A stretch of DNA of 64,000 nucleotides. Origin: an uncultured Eubacteriales bacterium. Its GTDB lineage: Bacteria > Bacillota > Clostridia > Oscillospirales > CAG-272. The stretch lies in contig CAKRMZ010000002.1 of assembly GCA_934365155.1 (NCBI GenBank), forward strand, positions 36,645 to 100,644. The letters run 5' to 3'. How positions within the stretch are numbered: position 1 is the stretch's first letter; every line of letters begins with the position of its first letter. Below the pieces are notes generated by a model. The model was given only the letters and a program-made list of their open reading frames with translations. It made no database searches and was not told where the DNA came from. Shown here piece by piece: positions 1 through 9,753 of the stretch. A program made the translations under genes and the position numbers.

Positions 1-1
1 T

Positions 2-64
2 CCGACTCCGGTTGCGGCTAAAATTATAGAGGAGAGTAAAAAGAACGCGGAGTCTGATGGATAA
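2..64 (+). CDS. 3' end of an unidentified upstream gene (partial, ...PTPVAAKIIEESKKNAESDG*)
   Basis: Frame 2 is open from the window edge to a TAA at 62-64. A strong hairpin terminator follows directly. There is too little sequence to name a product. Confidence 0.3.
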   Translation, partial: PTPVAAKIIEESKKNAESDG

Positions 65-90
65 AGCTTTGTTTGCATGTTGTCTTAAAT

Positions 91-131
91 AAAAAACCGA
101 TCGGAATGTGGTCACATTCCGATCGGTTTTT
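91..131. terminator. Bidirectional intrinsic terminator between convergent genes
   Basis: aaaaaaCCGATCGGAATGTG-gt-CACATTCCGATCGGttttt. The arms are a perfect 14-bp inverted repeat flanked by an A-run and a T-run. Confidence 0.8.
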
Positions 132-1374
132 ATTCGCTTTCCAATATTTTCAAATCTTCTTCACTGATGTCTGCGTTAGCATTGTTTTTTCGAGGACGGG
201 TATGTCCGATGACAGTGAGGGTATCCCGATGAAAAAGTTTGGGTTGCTTTTGTTCATCCCGCAGTTTGACTTTTACCATTCCGGTGAGCGGCAGCGTTTC
301 GATTACAACGCCTTCTCCCTCCGGAGTAACGACAATGCTGTCTAAACGGGGCGTTTTTGCAATTTCCTCTTCATAGGTTTCATGCTCATATTTTAAGCAG
401 CACATGAGTCTGCCGCAGGTCCCTGAAATTTTAGAGGAATTAAGGGAGAGATTCTGTTCTTTGGCCATCTTGATCGAGACTTGGGAGAAATCATACAAAA
501 AGCTTTTGCAGCAAAGCGGACGTCCGCAAATGCCGAGTCCTCCTATAATTTTCGCTTCGTCGCGAATTCCGATTTGGCGAAGCTCGATGCGAGTATGAAA
601 GACGGAGGCCAAATCTTTGACCAAATCGCGAAAATCAACTCTGCCCTCTGCCGTAAAATAAAAGAGTAATTTGGAATTATCAAAGGTGTATTCTACATCC
701 ACAAGGTGCATGGGAATTTTGTGCTCCTCGATCTTTTCGGAACAGGTTTTAAAAGCCTCGCGTTCCTTTGCTTTGTTGGCAGTGAAGCGTTCTTTATCCG
801 CTTGATCCGCGATTCGTAAAACTCGGCGAAGCGGCAGAACAACTGCACTTTCGGATACCGTTCGGTTGGTGAGCACAGTATAACCGAATTCAATTCCTCT
901 GGCGGTTTCAACAATAACCGGTTCGCATTTCGGCACGGTTAAACCGCAAGGGTCGAAATAATAAATTTTGCCGTTATTTCGGAAACGCACACCGATTACT
1001 TCCACGGATGCTTCCGTGCTGCCGTTTTCATTATTTTGCAATGTGTCTTCGCTTACGAGAGTGTCGGTTTCGACCGGCGGAACACTGACGGTGTCAGACT
1101 CCTTTGCGGTCTGCATTTTTGCGACAGCGGATTCCGAAGCGCCACGATGCTTCGGCGACCGTTTGCGTCGGCGCTTTGATGAATGATTTTCTGCGCGGCC
1201 GGCGGAGTTGATTTTTTCCTTGTTTTCCGCGGACTCAGATACAGCCGAAGAATCAGAAACTTTGTGGGACGGATCGTTCGGAGACGTTTTTTTCTTCGGA
1301 AATCTTTTTTTATAAAAAGGCTTTTTCCCTTGTTTTTGCGTTTTTTGGATATCTTTTTGTTCGTTATTTTCCAT
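130..1374 (-). CDS. yaaT: PSP1 domain protein (YaaT/RicT-like) with a long basic/Ser-rich N-terminal extension
   Basis: The C-terminal two thirds carry the PSP1 signature (GICGRPLCCKSFL...SGTCGRLMCCLKYE). The gene lies directly downstream of holB, as in Bacillus. I prefer the ATG at 1374 (AGGAAAGGA RBS, just after the holB stop) over the ORF-track start at 1410. Confidence 0.85.
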   Translation of the reverse strand: MENNEQKDIQKTQKQGKKPFYKKRFPKKKTSPNDPSHKVSDSSAVSESAENKEKINSAGRAENHSSKRRRKRSPKHRGASESAVAKMQTAKESDTVSVPPVETDTLVSEDTLQNNENGSTEASVEVIGVRFRNNGKIYYFDPCGLTVPKCEPVIVETARGIEFGYTVLTNRTVSESAVVLPLRRVLRIADQADKERFTANKAKEREAFKTCSEKIEEHKIPMHLVDVEYTFDNSKLLFYFTAEGRVDFRDLVKDLASVFHTRIELRQIGIRDEAKIIGGLGICGRPLCCKSFLYDFSQVSIKMAKEQNLSLNSSKISGTCGRLMCCLKYEHETYEEEIAKTPRLDSIVVTPEGEGVVIETLPLTGMVKVKLRDEQKQPKLFHRDTLTVIGHTRPRKNNANADISEEDLKILESE

Positions 1375-1394
1375 TCTTTTTCCTTTCCTAAATT

Positions 1395-2393
1395 TTATAT
1401 TTTTTGCCACAAGTCAACGGCGAGTGCATTCAGCGCCGCCGCAATCGGAGGATTGGCGTTTTGTTGATTTTGATGCTCTTGTACAGCGGTATACCACCGG
1501 CAGAGAACTGCAGTCGGAAGTGTGGGGAGCAGGAGTTTTTCGTTTATGCCGCACTTTTGATATCGGATTTCCGCCGCAAGCAATTCTGAGGTCTTTTCCA
1601 AAAGATAAGCATAGTCTTCACGGTTTTTGACCCGTGAATTCAAATACAGCAGAATATTTACGAAAGACATGGCGGAGGAATCAAAAAGGCTTAAAAAGTG
1701 TTTGGCGGTTTCTTCGGCTTTGATCATACCCGAAGCAGGTGATTTCGCTTCACTGTCAAAATAAGCGATTGCTTTACCGATGCATCCCTCAAAAAGTTCA
1801 AGCAGCTTCTCGGTTTTGGAATTTTGCTTTTGAAAAACAGAAGCGATGCTTTCCGTTTGGGCACGCAAATACCGGAGCATTTCTTCGTTGGATAGCGGTT
1901 CCGTGGAAAGAATTTTGCAACGGGAGCGTATGGTTTCCAATAGGTTTTGAGCACGGTCGACAATTAAAAAAAATACGCTGCCTGCCGGGGGCTCTTCTAA
2001 CATTTTCAGTAAAGCATTCTGTGCTTGCACCGTCATTTTTTGTGCGGGCTTTATAATATACGCACGGATCTCAAGGTCGTTCGGTTTGATATAAAGGCTG
2101 TCCGCAATGCTTCGTATGGCGTCTACGCCGATGGTTTGTCGGTGATCTTTGGGACTTATGAAATGAACATCGGGCGATTCATGGCCTAAAATTTTTCGGC
2201 AACTTTCGCAATTAAGGCAAGGCTGATCCGAAGATTTACATGCCAGTGCTGCAATAAAGTGAATCGCGCAGAATGTTCGTCCGCTGCCCTCTTTTCCTTC
2301 GATGATATAGGCATGGGTGCAGGTATGATGAATCAGTTCTTTTTGAAATTGTGATTTGATGGTATCGTTTCCGAATATAGAATCAAAAGACAC
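1395..2393 (-). CDS. holB: DNA polymerase III subunit delta' (HolB)
   Basis: A clamp-loader AAA+ pattern is present: HAYIIEGKEGSGRT P-loop-like segment, CxxCxxC zinc module (CLNCESCRK) and SRC motif (IRSRC). The start is set at GTG 2393, behind GGAGGAAAGG. The track start at 2414 is possible. Confidence 0.85.
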   Translation of the reverse strand: MSFDSIFGNDTIKSQFQKELIHHTCTHAYIIEGKEGSGRTFCAIHFIAALACKSSDQPCLNCESCRKILGHESPDVHFISPKDHRQTIGVDAIRSIADSLYIKPNDLEIRAYIIKPAQKMTVQAQNALLKMLEEPPAGSVFFLIVDRAQNLLETIRSRCKILSTEPLSNEEMLRYLRAQTESIASVFQKQNSKTEKLLELFEGCIGKAIAYFDSEAKSPASGMIKAEETAKHFLSLFDSSAMSFVNILLYLNSRVKNREDYAYLLEKTSELLAAEIRYQKCGINEKLLLPTLPTAVLCRWYTAVQEHQNQQNANPPIAAALNALAVDLWQKI

Positions 2394-2598
2394 GATATTC
2401 CTTTCCTCCTGCACATTTTAAAGCGGTTCGCCGGACCGACATTTTTTTCATTCAAAGCGGAGAAGTGATAAAAAATACTTTTTTAACCATTTAATTATAC
2501 CATATATAAAAAGTGATATCAATATACTTTTTCGTCGAAACAAAATATCCAGAAATGTGAATATTTTGAAAACTATAAAGAAATCGGGTTCGGACGGC

Positions 2599-2627
2599 TT
2601 GACATAAAAAAATAAAGTGATTATACT
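2599..2627 (+). promoter_or_regulatory. Sigma-A type promoter for marR/ABC operon
   Basis: TTGACA (2599-2604), a 17-nt spacer, then TATACT (2622-2627). Confidence 0.6.
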
Positions 2628-2699
2628 ATATAAAGTAAACGCTTGATTGTTAAGCGCTTAATAATAAAAATAAAGAGGGTGTTGTATCTTTTGCGGGAT

Positions 2700-3236
2700 A
2701 TGAAATCATCAGAAAATCAAGCAGATTTGGCCCATGAGACGATTTCGCGTTTTATGGCAATTTGGGTGCTGCGCCGCTACGCCGTTCACAAGTCCATGGA
2801 CGGTGGAGGGCTTTATTTCGGGCAACTTCCGATTATGGAATTTGTGATGGAGAATCCGGGCTGCACGCAAGTGGAGATTGCGCAGAAATTGGGCATTACA
2901 ACCGCCTCGGCCTCTTTATCAACAAAAAGACTGCAGAATGCGGGGTTTATTTCCAAGCAGGTCGACAAAGAGAATTTGCGGTGCAATAGGCTCTATATTA
3001 CTCCTGCAGGAAAAAATGCTGCGTTGCAAAGCCGCGAAGTGTTTGACCGGGTTGACAGCAAGATGCTGAGCGGATTTTCGGATTCGGAATTAGAAACGAT
3101 GATTGCCTATTTCGGCCGGATTATTTCCAATTTCACCGACGGTTCCATGGAAAGGCTGGATAAATCAGCGGTTATGTCTATTAACGAGCAAATGGAAAAG
3201 ATCGGTGACGCAGGATGCCCAGAGGATACGGAATAG
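2700..3236 (+). CDS. MarR family transcriptional regulator
   Basis: A winged-HTH MarR pattern is present (GCTQVEIAQKLGITTASASLSTKRLQNAGFISKQVDKENLRCNRLYITPAG). The start is ambiguous: ATG 2700, or upstream TTG/GTG back to 2643. Confidence 0.8.
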   Translation: MKSSENQADLAHETISRFMAIWVLRRYAVHKSMDGGGLYFGQLPIMEFVMENPGCTQVEIAQKLGITTASASLSTKRLQNAGFISKQVDKENLRCNRLYITPAGKNAALQSREVFDRVDSKMLSGFSDSELETMIAYFGRIISNFTDGSMERLDKSAVMSINEQMEKIGDAGCPEDTE

Positions 3237-3300
3237 CATTTCTGCTTATTGAAAGACGGCAAACAATGAGAAGACTAAATCGGAGAAAGGAAATATATTT

Positions 3301-5043
3301 ATGATAAAACGGCTTTTCGGTTGTGTTCGAGAATATAAAAGAGCAACGGTTCTGACATTGATATTTATTGTTCTCGAAGCGGTGATTGAAACGTTCATAC
3401 CGTTCATAACCTCGGATCTTGTCAACCGGATCGAGGGCGGGACTACCGTCGGTGTGATTGTAAAAATCGGATTGGTTTTATTTGCAATGGCGATTTTGTC
3501 GCTTTCCTGCGGCGGAATTGCAGGCTTTACCTGTGCCAGGGCTTCGGCCGGATTTGCTAAAAATCTGCGCCACGACATGTTTGAAAGAATACAGAGATAT
3601 TCTTTTGAGAATATTGATAAATTCTCTTCCTCATCCTTGGTTACGCGAATGACAACAGATGTCAGCAACGTGCAAATGGCATTTATGATGATCATACGCA
3701 CGGCGATTCGTGCGCCGCTGATGCTGATTTTTTCAATTGTGATGGCCTATATTTTAGGCGGAGCTTTGGCGACCTCTTTTGTTGTTATTATTCCGCTGTT
3801 GGTCTTCGGCCTTATCATGATTGCCAGAAAAGCGATGCCCGCTTTTCGGCGAGTGTTTAAAAAATATGACCGTTTGAACGAATCCATCGAGGAGAACGTT
3901 CGTGGGATGCGCGTGGTGAAGGGATTCTCCCGCGAGGAGCACGAAAAAGAAAAATTCGGCGCGGCGGCAGAAGATATCCGCAAGGACTTTACCCGTGCGG
4001 AACGCATTGTGGCGCTGAATATGCCTTTGATGCAGTGCTGCCTTTATTTTAATATGATTTTTGTGCTTTTGGTCGGTTCCCGCTTGATTATAACCAGCGG
4101 TGCGCAAACCATCAATGTCGGCGAAATGTCAGCGATGCTGACCTACGGTGTGCAGATTTTGATGCAGCTGATGATGATTTCCATGATTTATGTGATGCTC
4201 ACCATGTCCGGCGAATCGATGAAACGAATTGATGAGGTGCTTACCGAAATACCGGCTTTGCAAAATCCTCAAGCGGCTGTGACGGAAGTTCCGGACGGTT
4301 CGATCGATTTTAACGGGGTTTCCTTTAAGTATTCGGAAAAAGCTGCCAAATACGCTTTGGAAGGGATTGATTTACATATCCGTTCCGGCATGACGGTCGG
4401 TATTTTGGGCGGAACCGGATCCAGCAAATCCACATTGGTTCAGTTGATTCCGCGTTTATATGATGTCACCGAGGGAAGCGTTTGCGTGGGACATACCGAT
4501 GTCCGCGATTATGATATTGAAGCGTTGCGTTGCGCGGTGGCGATGGTCTTGCAGAAAAACTTGCTCTTTTCGGGAACCATTAAAGAAAATCTGCGTTGGG
4601 GTAATGAAAACGCGACGGATGAAGAAATTATAGAAGCCTGTCGTTTGGCGCAGGCAGATGAGTTTGTCCGTTCATTCCCCGACGGTTACGATACCAAAAT
4701 CGAACAGGGCGGCACCAATGTTTCCGGAGGGCAGAAGCAACGGCTTTGTATTGCTCGTGCATTGCTGAAAAAACCGAAAATTTTGATTTTGGATGACTCG
4801 ACCAGCGCCGTTGATACCAAAACCGACCTGCTGATTCGAAAGGGATTTCGTGAATATATTCCGGAAACGACCAAAATTATTATTGCCCAACGAGTGGCGT
4901 CGGTTGAAGATGCCGATCTGATTTTGGTGATGGATAACGGGCGTATTGTTGACAAGGGTACTCACGCGGGGCTTCTTGATCGCTGCGAAATCTATCGTGA
5001 AATCTATTTCCAGCAGACGAAGAAAGCGGGGGATGAGAAATGA
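3301..5043 (+). CDS. ABC exporter, fused permease/ATPase subunit (heterodimeric multidrug-type)
   Basis: An N-terminal six-helix TMD is followed by an NBD with Walker A GGTGSSKST, signature VSGGQKQR and Walker B ILILDDSTSAVD. Confidence 0.9.
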   Translation: MIKRLFGCVREYKRATVLTLIFIVLEAVIETFIPFITSDLVNRIEGGTTVGVIVKIGLVLFAMAILSLSCGGIAGFTCARASAGFAKNLRHDMFERIQRYSFENIDKFSSSSLVTRMTTDVSNVQMAFMMIIRTAIRAPLMLIFSIVMAYILGGALATSFVVIIPLLVFGLIMIARKAMPAFRRVFKKYDRLNESIEENVRGMRVVKGFSREEHEKEKFGAAAEDIRKDFTRAERIVALNMPLMQCCLYFNMIFVLLVGSRLIITSGAQTINVGEMSAMLTYGVQILMQLMMISMIYVMLTMSGESMKRIDEVLTEIPALQNPQAAVTEVPDGSIDFNGVSFKYSEKAAKYALEGIDLHIRSGMTVGILGGTGSSKSTLVQLIPRLYDVTEGSVCVGHTDVRDYDIEALRCAVAMVLQKNLLFSGTIKENLRWGNENATDEEIIEACRLAQADEFVRSFPDGYDTKIEQGGTNVSGGQKQRLCIARALLKKPKILILDDSTSAVDTKTDLLIRKGFREYIPETTKIIIAQRVASVEDADLILVMDNGRIVDKGTHAGLLDRCEIYREIYFQQTKKAGDEK

Positions 5044-6983
5044 ATAAACAACCGAAAGGGATGCCTCGCGGCCCGATGAACGGTCACGGAAAACGAAAAT
5101 TCGATAAGCGTATATTCGGGCGAGTGGTGAAGCTTTTATTCCGTTCCTATCCGGTTCTTGTGCCGATTACGATTTTCTGCATTATCTTTTCTGCGATTGT
5201 TTCCTCCATTCCGTCTGTTTTTCAGGAAAAGGTAATCCGTGTTATCGAAGAATTTTTAAAAAGCGGCTCTACGGATTACGGAGCAGCGTCAAAGCAGATT
5301 TTACCGATGGTGACGATGCTTGCCGTGCTGTATGTAATTTCAATTGCCCTGATTGCGCTGTATCAACAGTTGATGGCTTTTATCACACAAGGCTTTTTGT
5401 GCAAGATGCGCCGAAAGATGTTTGACGGAATGCAGAATTTGCCGATTCGGTATTTTGATACGAATAAGCACGGCAATATTATGAGCCATTATACCAATGA
5501 TATTGATACCCTTCGTCAGTTGGTATCGCAGTCTCTGCCCAGCTTGCTGCAGTCGAGCATTATTGTTGTTTCTGTTTTGTTTATTATGCTTTGGTACAGC
5601 GTTTGGATGACCTTAGTGGTACTGTTAGGCGTTATTCTTATGGCCTTTGTTTCGGCAAAAATCGGCGGCGGATCGGCAAAATATTTTATTCGGCAGCAGG
5701 CTGCTGTCGGCAAGACAGAGGGATTTGTCCAGGAAATGATGAACGGGCAAAAAGTCATTAAAGTATTCTGCCATGAAAAAGAGGCCGAAGCGGATTTTAA
5801 CCGAATCAATGATGAGTTGTATGAAGATACATTCCGGGCAAATGCATATGCCAATACCTTAGGTCCTATCATAATGAATATCGGTAATATCCTGTATGTG
5901 CTTTGCGCGATGATCGGCGGTGTTTTCCTTGCCGTGAATATTTCGAATGTTTCGATTTCCGGTATGGCTTTCGGAATCAGTATTTTAGTTCCGTTTCTCA
6001 ATATGACAAAGCAGTTTACGGGAAACCTAAATCAGGTGTCGCAGCAGATTAACTCCATCGCCATGGGACTTGCCGGTGCACAGCGCATATTTGCGTTAAT
6101 GGATCAGTCTCCGGAGACGGACGACGGATATGTTACTTTGGTGGATGCGAATATTTCGCAAGACGGTACCATTACCGAGGCGGATCATCATACCGGACAT
6201 TGGGCATGGAAACATCCGCACGGCGACGGCACACTGACTTATACCGAATTGCGCGGAGATGTGCGTCTTGTTGATGTGGACTTCGGATATGAAGAGGGAA
6301 AAGAAGTGTTGCACGGCGTATCGGTTTATGCCGAGCCGGGTCAAAAGGTTGCTTTTGTCGGTGCGACCGGTGCCGGTAAAACAACGATCACTAACCTGAT
6401 CAACCGTTTTTATGATATTGCGGACGGCAAAATTCGTTACGACGGAATCAACATCAATAAAATCAAAAAATCGGATTTGCGACGTTCCTTGGGACTGGTG
6501 CTTCAGGAGACCAATCTTTTCAGCGGAACGGTAATGGATAATATCCGATACGGCAAACTCAGCGCAAGCGACGAAGAGTGTCGCCATGCCGCTGTTTTGG
6601 CCGGTGCGGATGATTTTATCAGCCGCTTGCCCAACGGATATGATACCGAGCTTTCCAATAACGGATCGAACCTTTCTCAGGGGCAGCGTCAGTTAATTGC
6701 CATCGCCCGTGCGGCAGTAGCAGATCCCCCGGTTATGATTTTGGATGAGGCGACCTCCTCTATCGATACCCGTACCGAGGCGATTGTGCAGCGCGGTATG
6801 GATAAATTGATGGAGGGACGTACGGTATTTGTAATTGCGCACAGACTTTCCACGGTAATGAATGCGGATGTTATTATGGTGTTGGACCACGGCCGCATTA
6901 TCGAACGCGGAGACCATGAAAAGCTGATGGCACAAAAGGGAGTGTATTATCAGCTTTATACCGGAGCGTTTGAATTAGAGTAG
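5040..6983 (+). CDS. ABC exporter, fused permease/ATPase subunit (partner of previous gene)
   Basis: A 4-nt ATGA start/stop overlap links it to the upstream gene. Motifs are Walker A GATGAGKTT, signature LSQGQRQL and Walker B VMILDEATSSID. Confidence 0.9.
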   Translation: MNKQPKGMPRGPMNGHGKRKFDKRIFGRVVKLLFRSYPVLVPITIFCIIFSAIVSSIPSVFQEKVIRVIEEFLKSGSTDYGAASKQILPMVTMLAVLYVISIALIALYQQLMAFITQGFLCKMRRKMFDGMQNLPIRYFDTNKHGNIMSHYTNDIDTLRQLVSQSLPSLLQSSIIVVSVLFIMLWYSVWMTLVVLLGVILMAFVSAKIGGGSAKYFIRQQAAVGKTEGFVQEMMNGQKVIKVFCHEKEAEADFNRINDELYEDTFRANAYANTLGPIIMNIGNILYVLCAMIGGVFLAVNISNVSISGMAFGISILVPFLNMTKQFTGNLNQVSQQINSIAMGLAGAQRIFALMDQSPETDDGYVTLVDANISQDGTITEADHHTGHWAWKHPHGDGTLTYTELRGDVRLVDVDFGYEEGKEVLHGVSVYAEPGQKVAFVGATGAGKTTITNLINRFYDIADGKIRYDGININKIKKSDLRRSLGLVLQETNLFSGTVMDNIRYGKLSASDEECRHAAVLAGADDFISRLPNGYDTELSNNGSNLSQGQRQLIAIARAAVADPPVMILDEATSSIDTRTEAIVQRGMDKLMEGRTVFVIAHRLSTVMNADVIMVLDHGRIIERGDHEKLMAQKGVYYQLYTGAFELE

Positions 6984-7031
6984 GACTTCGCATCTTGCGC
7001 GTTCCCGAATGGGAAATAAAATTGCAGATTC

Positions 7032-7075
7032 AAAAAACAGGATATGTGAAATCTCTCTTTCACATATCCTGTTTT
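7032..7075 (+). terminator. Intrinsic terminator after ABC operon
   Basis: AAAAACAGGATATGTGAAA-tctctc-TTTCACATATCCTGTTTTT. Confidence 0.8.
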
Positions 7076-7182
7076 TAAGTTTGTCCGGATGCTCCGAAAT
7101 GCTTGTATTTTTCGCGGAAAAGTGGTATACTACTAATATTAAACTTGTCAGGTTAAAACAAAAAACTACTGATGATGGTGAA

Positions 7183-8622
7183 ATGATGAAACATTTAAAA
7201 AGCACGCTCCGTTTTTTGGCTGTTATCGCAGTGTTTGCCGCTGCTTTTGCGCTTGGAATTTTTGCCGAGGACATTACATATTCAAAGGAAACATCGATTA
7301 TCATAAAAGGCGGCAGTACCGCTTCTATGCTGGATCGAAATGAATCCAGTTATATGGCTTTGACGGCGGAAGACAGTATTGAATTGCAAAACCCGAACGG
7401 GATAGCATCTGTTTATATATTATTTGATCGCTTGTGCGGGGAATGGAACCTAAAAAGCGGCAGTCAGACCGTTTCCGCGGGAACCAATGGCTTTTTACAT
7501 GAATATGTCGACGTCATGAAACAATTCGGCGGCCATGCACCTACATCGCTGACATTGCATTTTCCATCCGGCGCGCAGATTGCGGAAATATATGTTTTTT
7601 CCGAAGGAGAGCTGCCGGACTATGTACAGCTCTGGGAGCCGCCCTGTGAAAAGGCGGATCTTATGTTGCTTTCAACGCATTCCGATGATGAGCATCTGTT
7701 CTTAGCCGGAATCTTACCGTATTATGCCATGGCGAAGGGATATCATACACAGGTGGTTTATTTTACCAATCACTGGGATACGCATATCCGTGCGCATGAA
7801 CAGTTAAACGGACTGTGGAAAGTCGGCGTGCGGAATTATCCGATTATTCCCGAGTTTCCGGATTTGTACAGCACTTCGCTGGAGGGCGCGCAATCGGTTT
7901 TTTCGAACGCCGGATATAAAGAAGAGGATTTTATTGAATATTACGTTACCATGATTCGCCGCTTTAAACCGCTGGTGATTGTAGGTCATGATGAAAAGGG
8001 CGAATACGGTCACGGTGCGCATATTTTAAATACGTATGTTTTAAAAAAGGCGTTGGATTTGGCCGCGGATGAAACGGCTTACAGTAATTGCGGATATGAC
8101 GCATGGAATGTTCCGAAGACCTACTTGCACCTTTATCCGGAAAATCCGATCGTGATGAACTGGGATGAGCCTTTGGAGGCGCTCGGCGGCAAAACCGCCT
8201 ATGAAGTGGCCAGAGAGGGATATTTGGAGCATCATTCGCAGCATTGGATGTGGTTTTTCAGTTGGTTTATGGGAGAAAACTCCAGCCGGACAACCGCGGC
8301 ATCGATTGAAACGTACAGCCCTTGTAATTACGGTCTGTTTCGGTCTACCGTCGGCCTTGATACATTAAAAAATGACTTTTTTGAGAATCTTACCGTGTGG
8401 GATCGGCAGGATGCCGAAAATCCGGCGGACACTTCGGACGTGACGGAAACAGCAACCGACGCTTTGACGGATGCGCCGACCGGTGAGAAAGACTCCGGAA
8501 CGAACGCCGTTGAAGAGAAACATGTGTCTGCAAAAGGGCTGCGCTTGATTGGGCTAACGTCTATATTGGCTGTTGCCGCAGCGGTAATTTCTGTTCTTTT
8601 TGTGCGGAAAAAGAAGAGATAA
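7183..8622 (+). CDS. PIG-L/LmbE family deacetylase, extracytoplasmic, with N-terminal signal/anchor and C-terminal TM anchor
   Basis: PIG-L motif LMLLSTHSDDEHLFLAGILPYY plus a downstream YGHGAH. The N-terminus MMKHLKSTLRFLAVIAVFAAAFALGIFA is signal-like. An acidic Thr-rich linker is followed by LIGLTSILAVAAAVISVLFVRKKKR. The track start at 7009 lies inside the upstream terminator and is rejected. Confidence 0.75.
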   Translation: MMKHLKSTLRFLAVIAVFAAAFALGIFAEDITYSKETSIIIKGGSTASMLDRNESSYMALTAEDSIELQNPNGIASVYILFDRLCGEWNLKSGSQTVSAGTNGFLHEYVDVMKQFGGHAPTSLTLHFPSGAQIAEIYVFSEGELPDYVQLWEPPCEKADLMLLSTHSDDEHLFLAGILPYYAMAKGYHTQVVYFTNHWDTHIRAHEQLNGLWKVGVRNYPIIPEFPDLYSTSLEGAQSVFSNAGYKEEDFIEYYVTMIRRFKPLVIVGHDEKGEYGHGAHILNTYVLKKALDLAADETAYSNCGYDAWNVPKTYLHLYPENPIVMNWDEPLEALGGKTAYEVAREGYLEHHSQHWMWFFSWFMGENSSRTTAASIETYSPCNYGLFRSTVGLDTLKNDFFENLTVWDRQDAENPADTSDVTETATDALTDAPTGEKDSGTNAVEEKHVSAKGLRLIGLTSILAVAAAVISVLFVRKKKR

Positions 8623-8681
8623 GGGAACTTTTTGACAGAAGACGAGTCTAAACATCGACTATGAAAAATGAGGAGAAAAAT

Positions 8682-9752
8682 ATGCAGGCGGATCAAGTGT
8701 GCATTATCATCCCGTCGTACAATCCGGATGAAAAATTGCGAAGTGTAATTACCGATTTAAGCGCGGTCGGCTTTTCGGATTTTATTGTTGTAGATGACGG
8801 AAGCGCGAAAGAAACCCAGCCGTTTTTCCCGGTTGAGGGGGAATATCCCGGCGTGGTGCTTTTGCGTCATGAAGTGAATCGCGGAAAGGGCGCGGCGCTT
8901 AAAACGGCGTTTGACTATGTGTGTGCCAATCGCAAAGATTGCATCGGTGTGATTACGGTGGATGGGGACAACCAGCATCAGGCAAAGGATGTATGGAATT
9001 GTGCCGAAGCCATGTGCAGAACGAATCAGGTGATACTCGGAGTACGTGATTTTTCTCAACCGGATGTACCCCGGCGCAGCCGAATCGGAAATCGGATCAC
9101 ATCTTTTGTATTCCGGTTTGCATGCGGAATTCGGATTTCCGATACACAGACGGGACTGCGCGCTATACCGACGCAGTTTTTGCCGCTGTTTCTTACGGTG
9201 AGCGGCGATCGGTATGAATACGAAACCAACATGCTTTTGGAGATGAAAACCGAAAATATTCCTTTTGAAGAAGTGAAGATCACCACGGTTTATATTGAGC
9301 AGAACGCAACATCGCATTTTCATCCCATCCGGGATTCCATAAAAATTTACAAGCTGATTTTGAAATATATTTTCAGTTCTGCGATCTCCGCAATACTGGA
9401 TGTATTCTTGTTTTGGCTGTTTTCGGCTTTGTTTGGAAATTGGCTCGGAAATGCAACAATTCCCGTTTGTACGGTGGCGGCGCGCTGTATATCGGCGTTT
9501 ACGAATTTTCAGATTAACCGTCGTGTTGTATTCGGTCAGGGTGACATAAAATCCACACTGTGGAAGTATACTTTGTTAGCCTGCTGCCAAGTGGCAGCGT
9601 CGTCTGCACTGGTTTGGACAATCGCCAAATTATTCAACCAGAATGCCGCTATTATGACAACCATCTTTAAAGTTATTGTAGATTCCGTATTGTTCTTTTT
9701 GAGTTTCAAATTGCAGCAAAACTGGATTTTTAAGAAGGAGAAACGCACTTAA
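8682..9752 (+). CDS. Family 2 glycosyltransferase fused to a GtrA-like membrane domain (polyprenyl-phosphate glycosyltransferase type)
   Basis: GT2 N-terminus (VCIIIPSYNPDEKL, VVDDGS, TVDGDNQH). The C-terminal ~130 aa form four hydrophobic helices with a GtrA-like FTNFQINRRVVF motif. GAGGAG RBS sits 6 nt before ATG 8682. Confidence 0.8.
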   Translation: MQADQVCIIIPSYNPDEKLRSVITDLSAVGFSDFIVVDDGSAKETQPFFPVEGEYPGVVLLRHEVNRGKGAALKTAFDYVCANRKDCIGVITVDGDNQHQAKDVWNCAEAMCRTNQVILGVRDFSQPDVPRRSRIGNRITSFVFRFACGIRISDTQTGLRAIPTQFLPLFLTVSGDRYEYETNMLLEMKTENIPFEEVKITTVYIEQNATSHFHPIRDSIKIYKLILKYIFSSAISAILDVFLFWLFSALFGNWLGNATIPVCTVAARCISAFTNFQINRRVVFGQGDIKSTLWKYTLLACCQVAASSALVWTIAKLFNQNAAIMTTIFKVIVDSVLFFLSFKLQQNWIFKKEKRT

Positions 9753-9753
9753 C

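Noticed and set aside
73-345. 90-aa plus-strand ORF at the window start
   Set aside because: It begins inside the terminator hairpin and runs antisense to the conserved C-terminus of the PSP1/YaaT gene.
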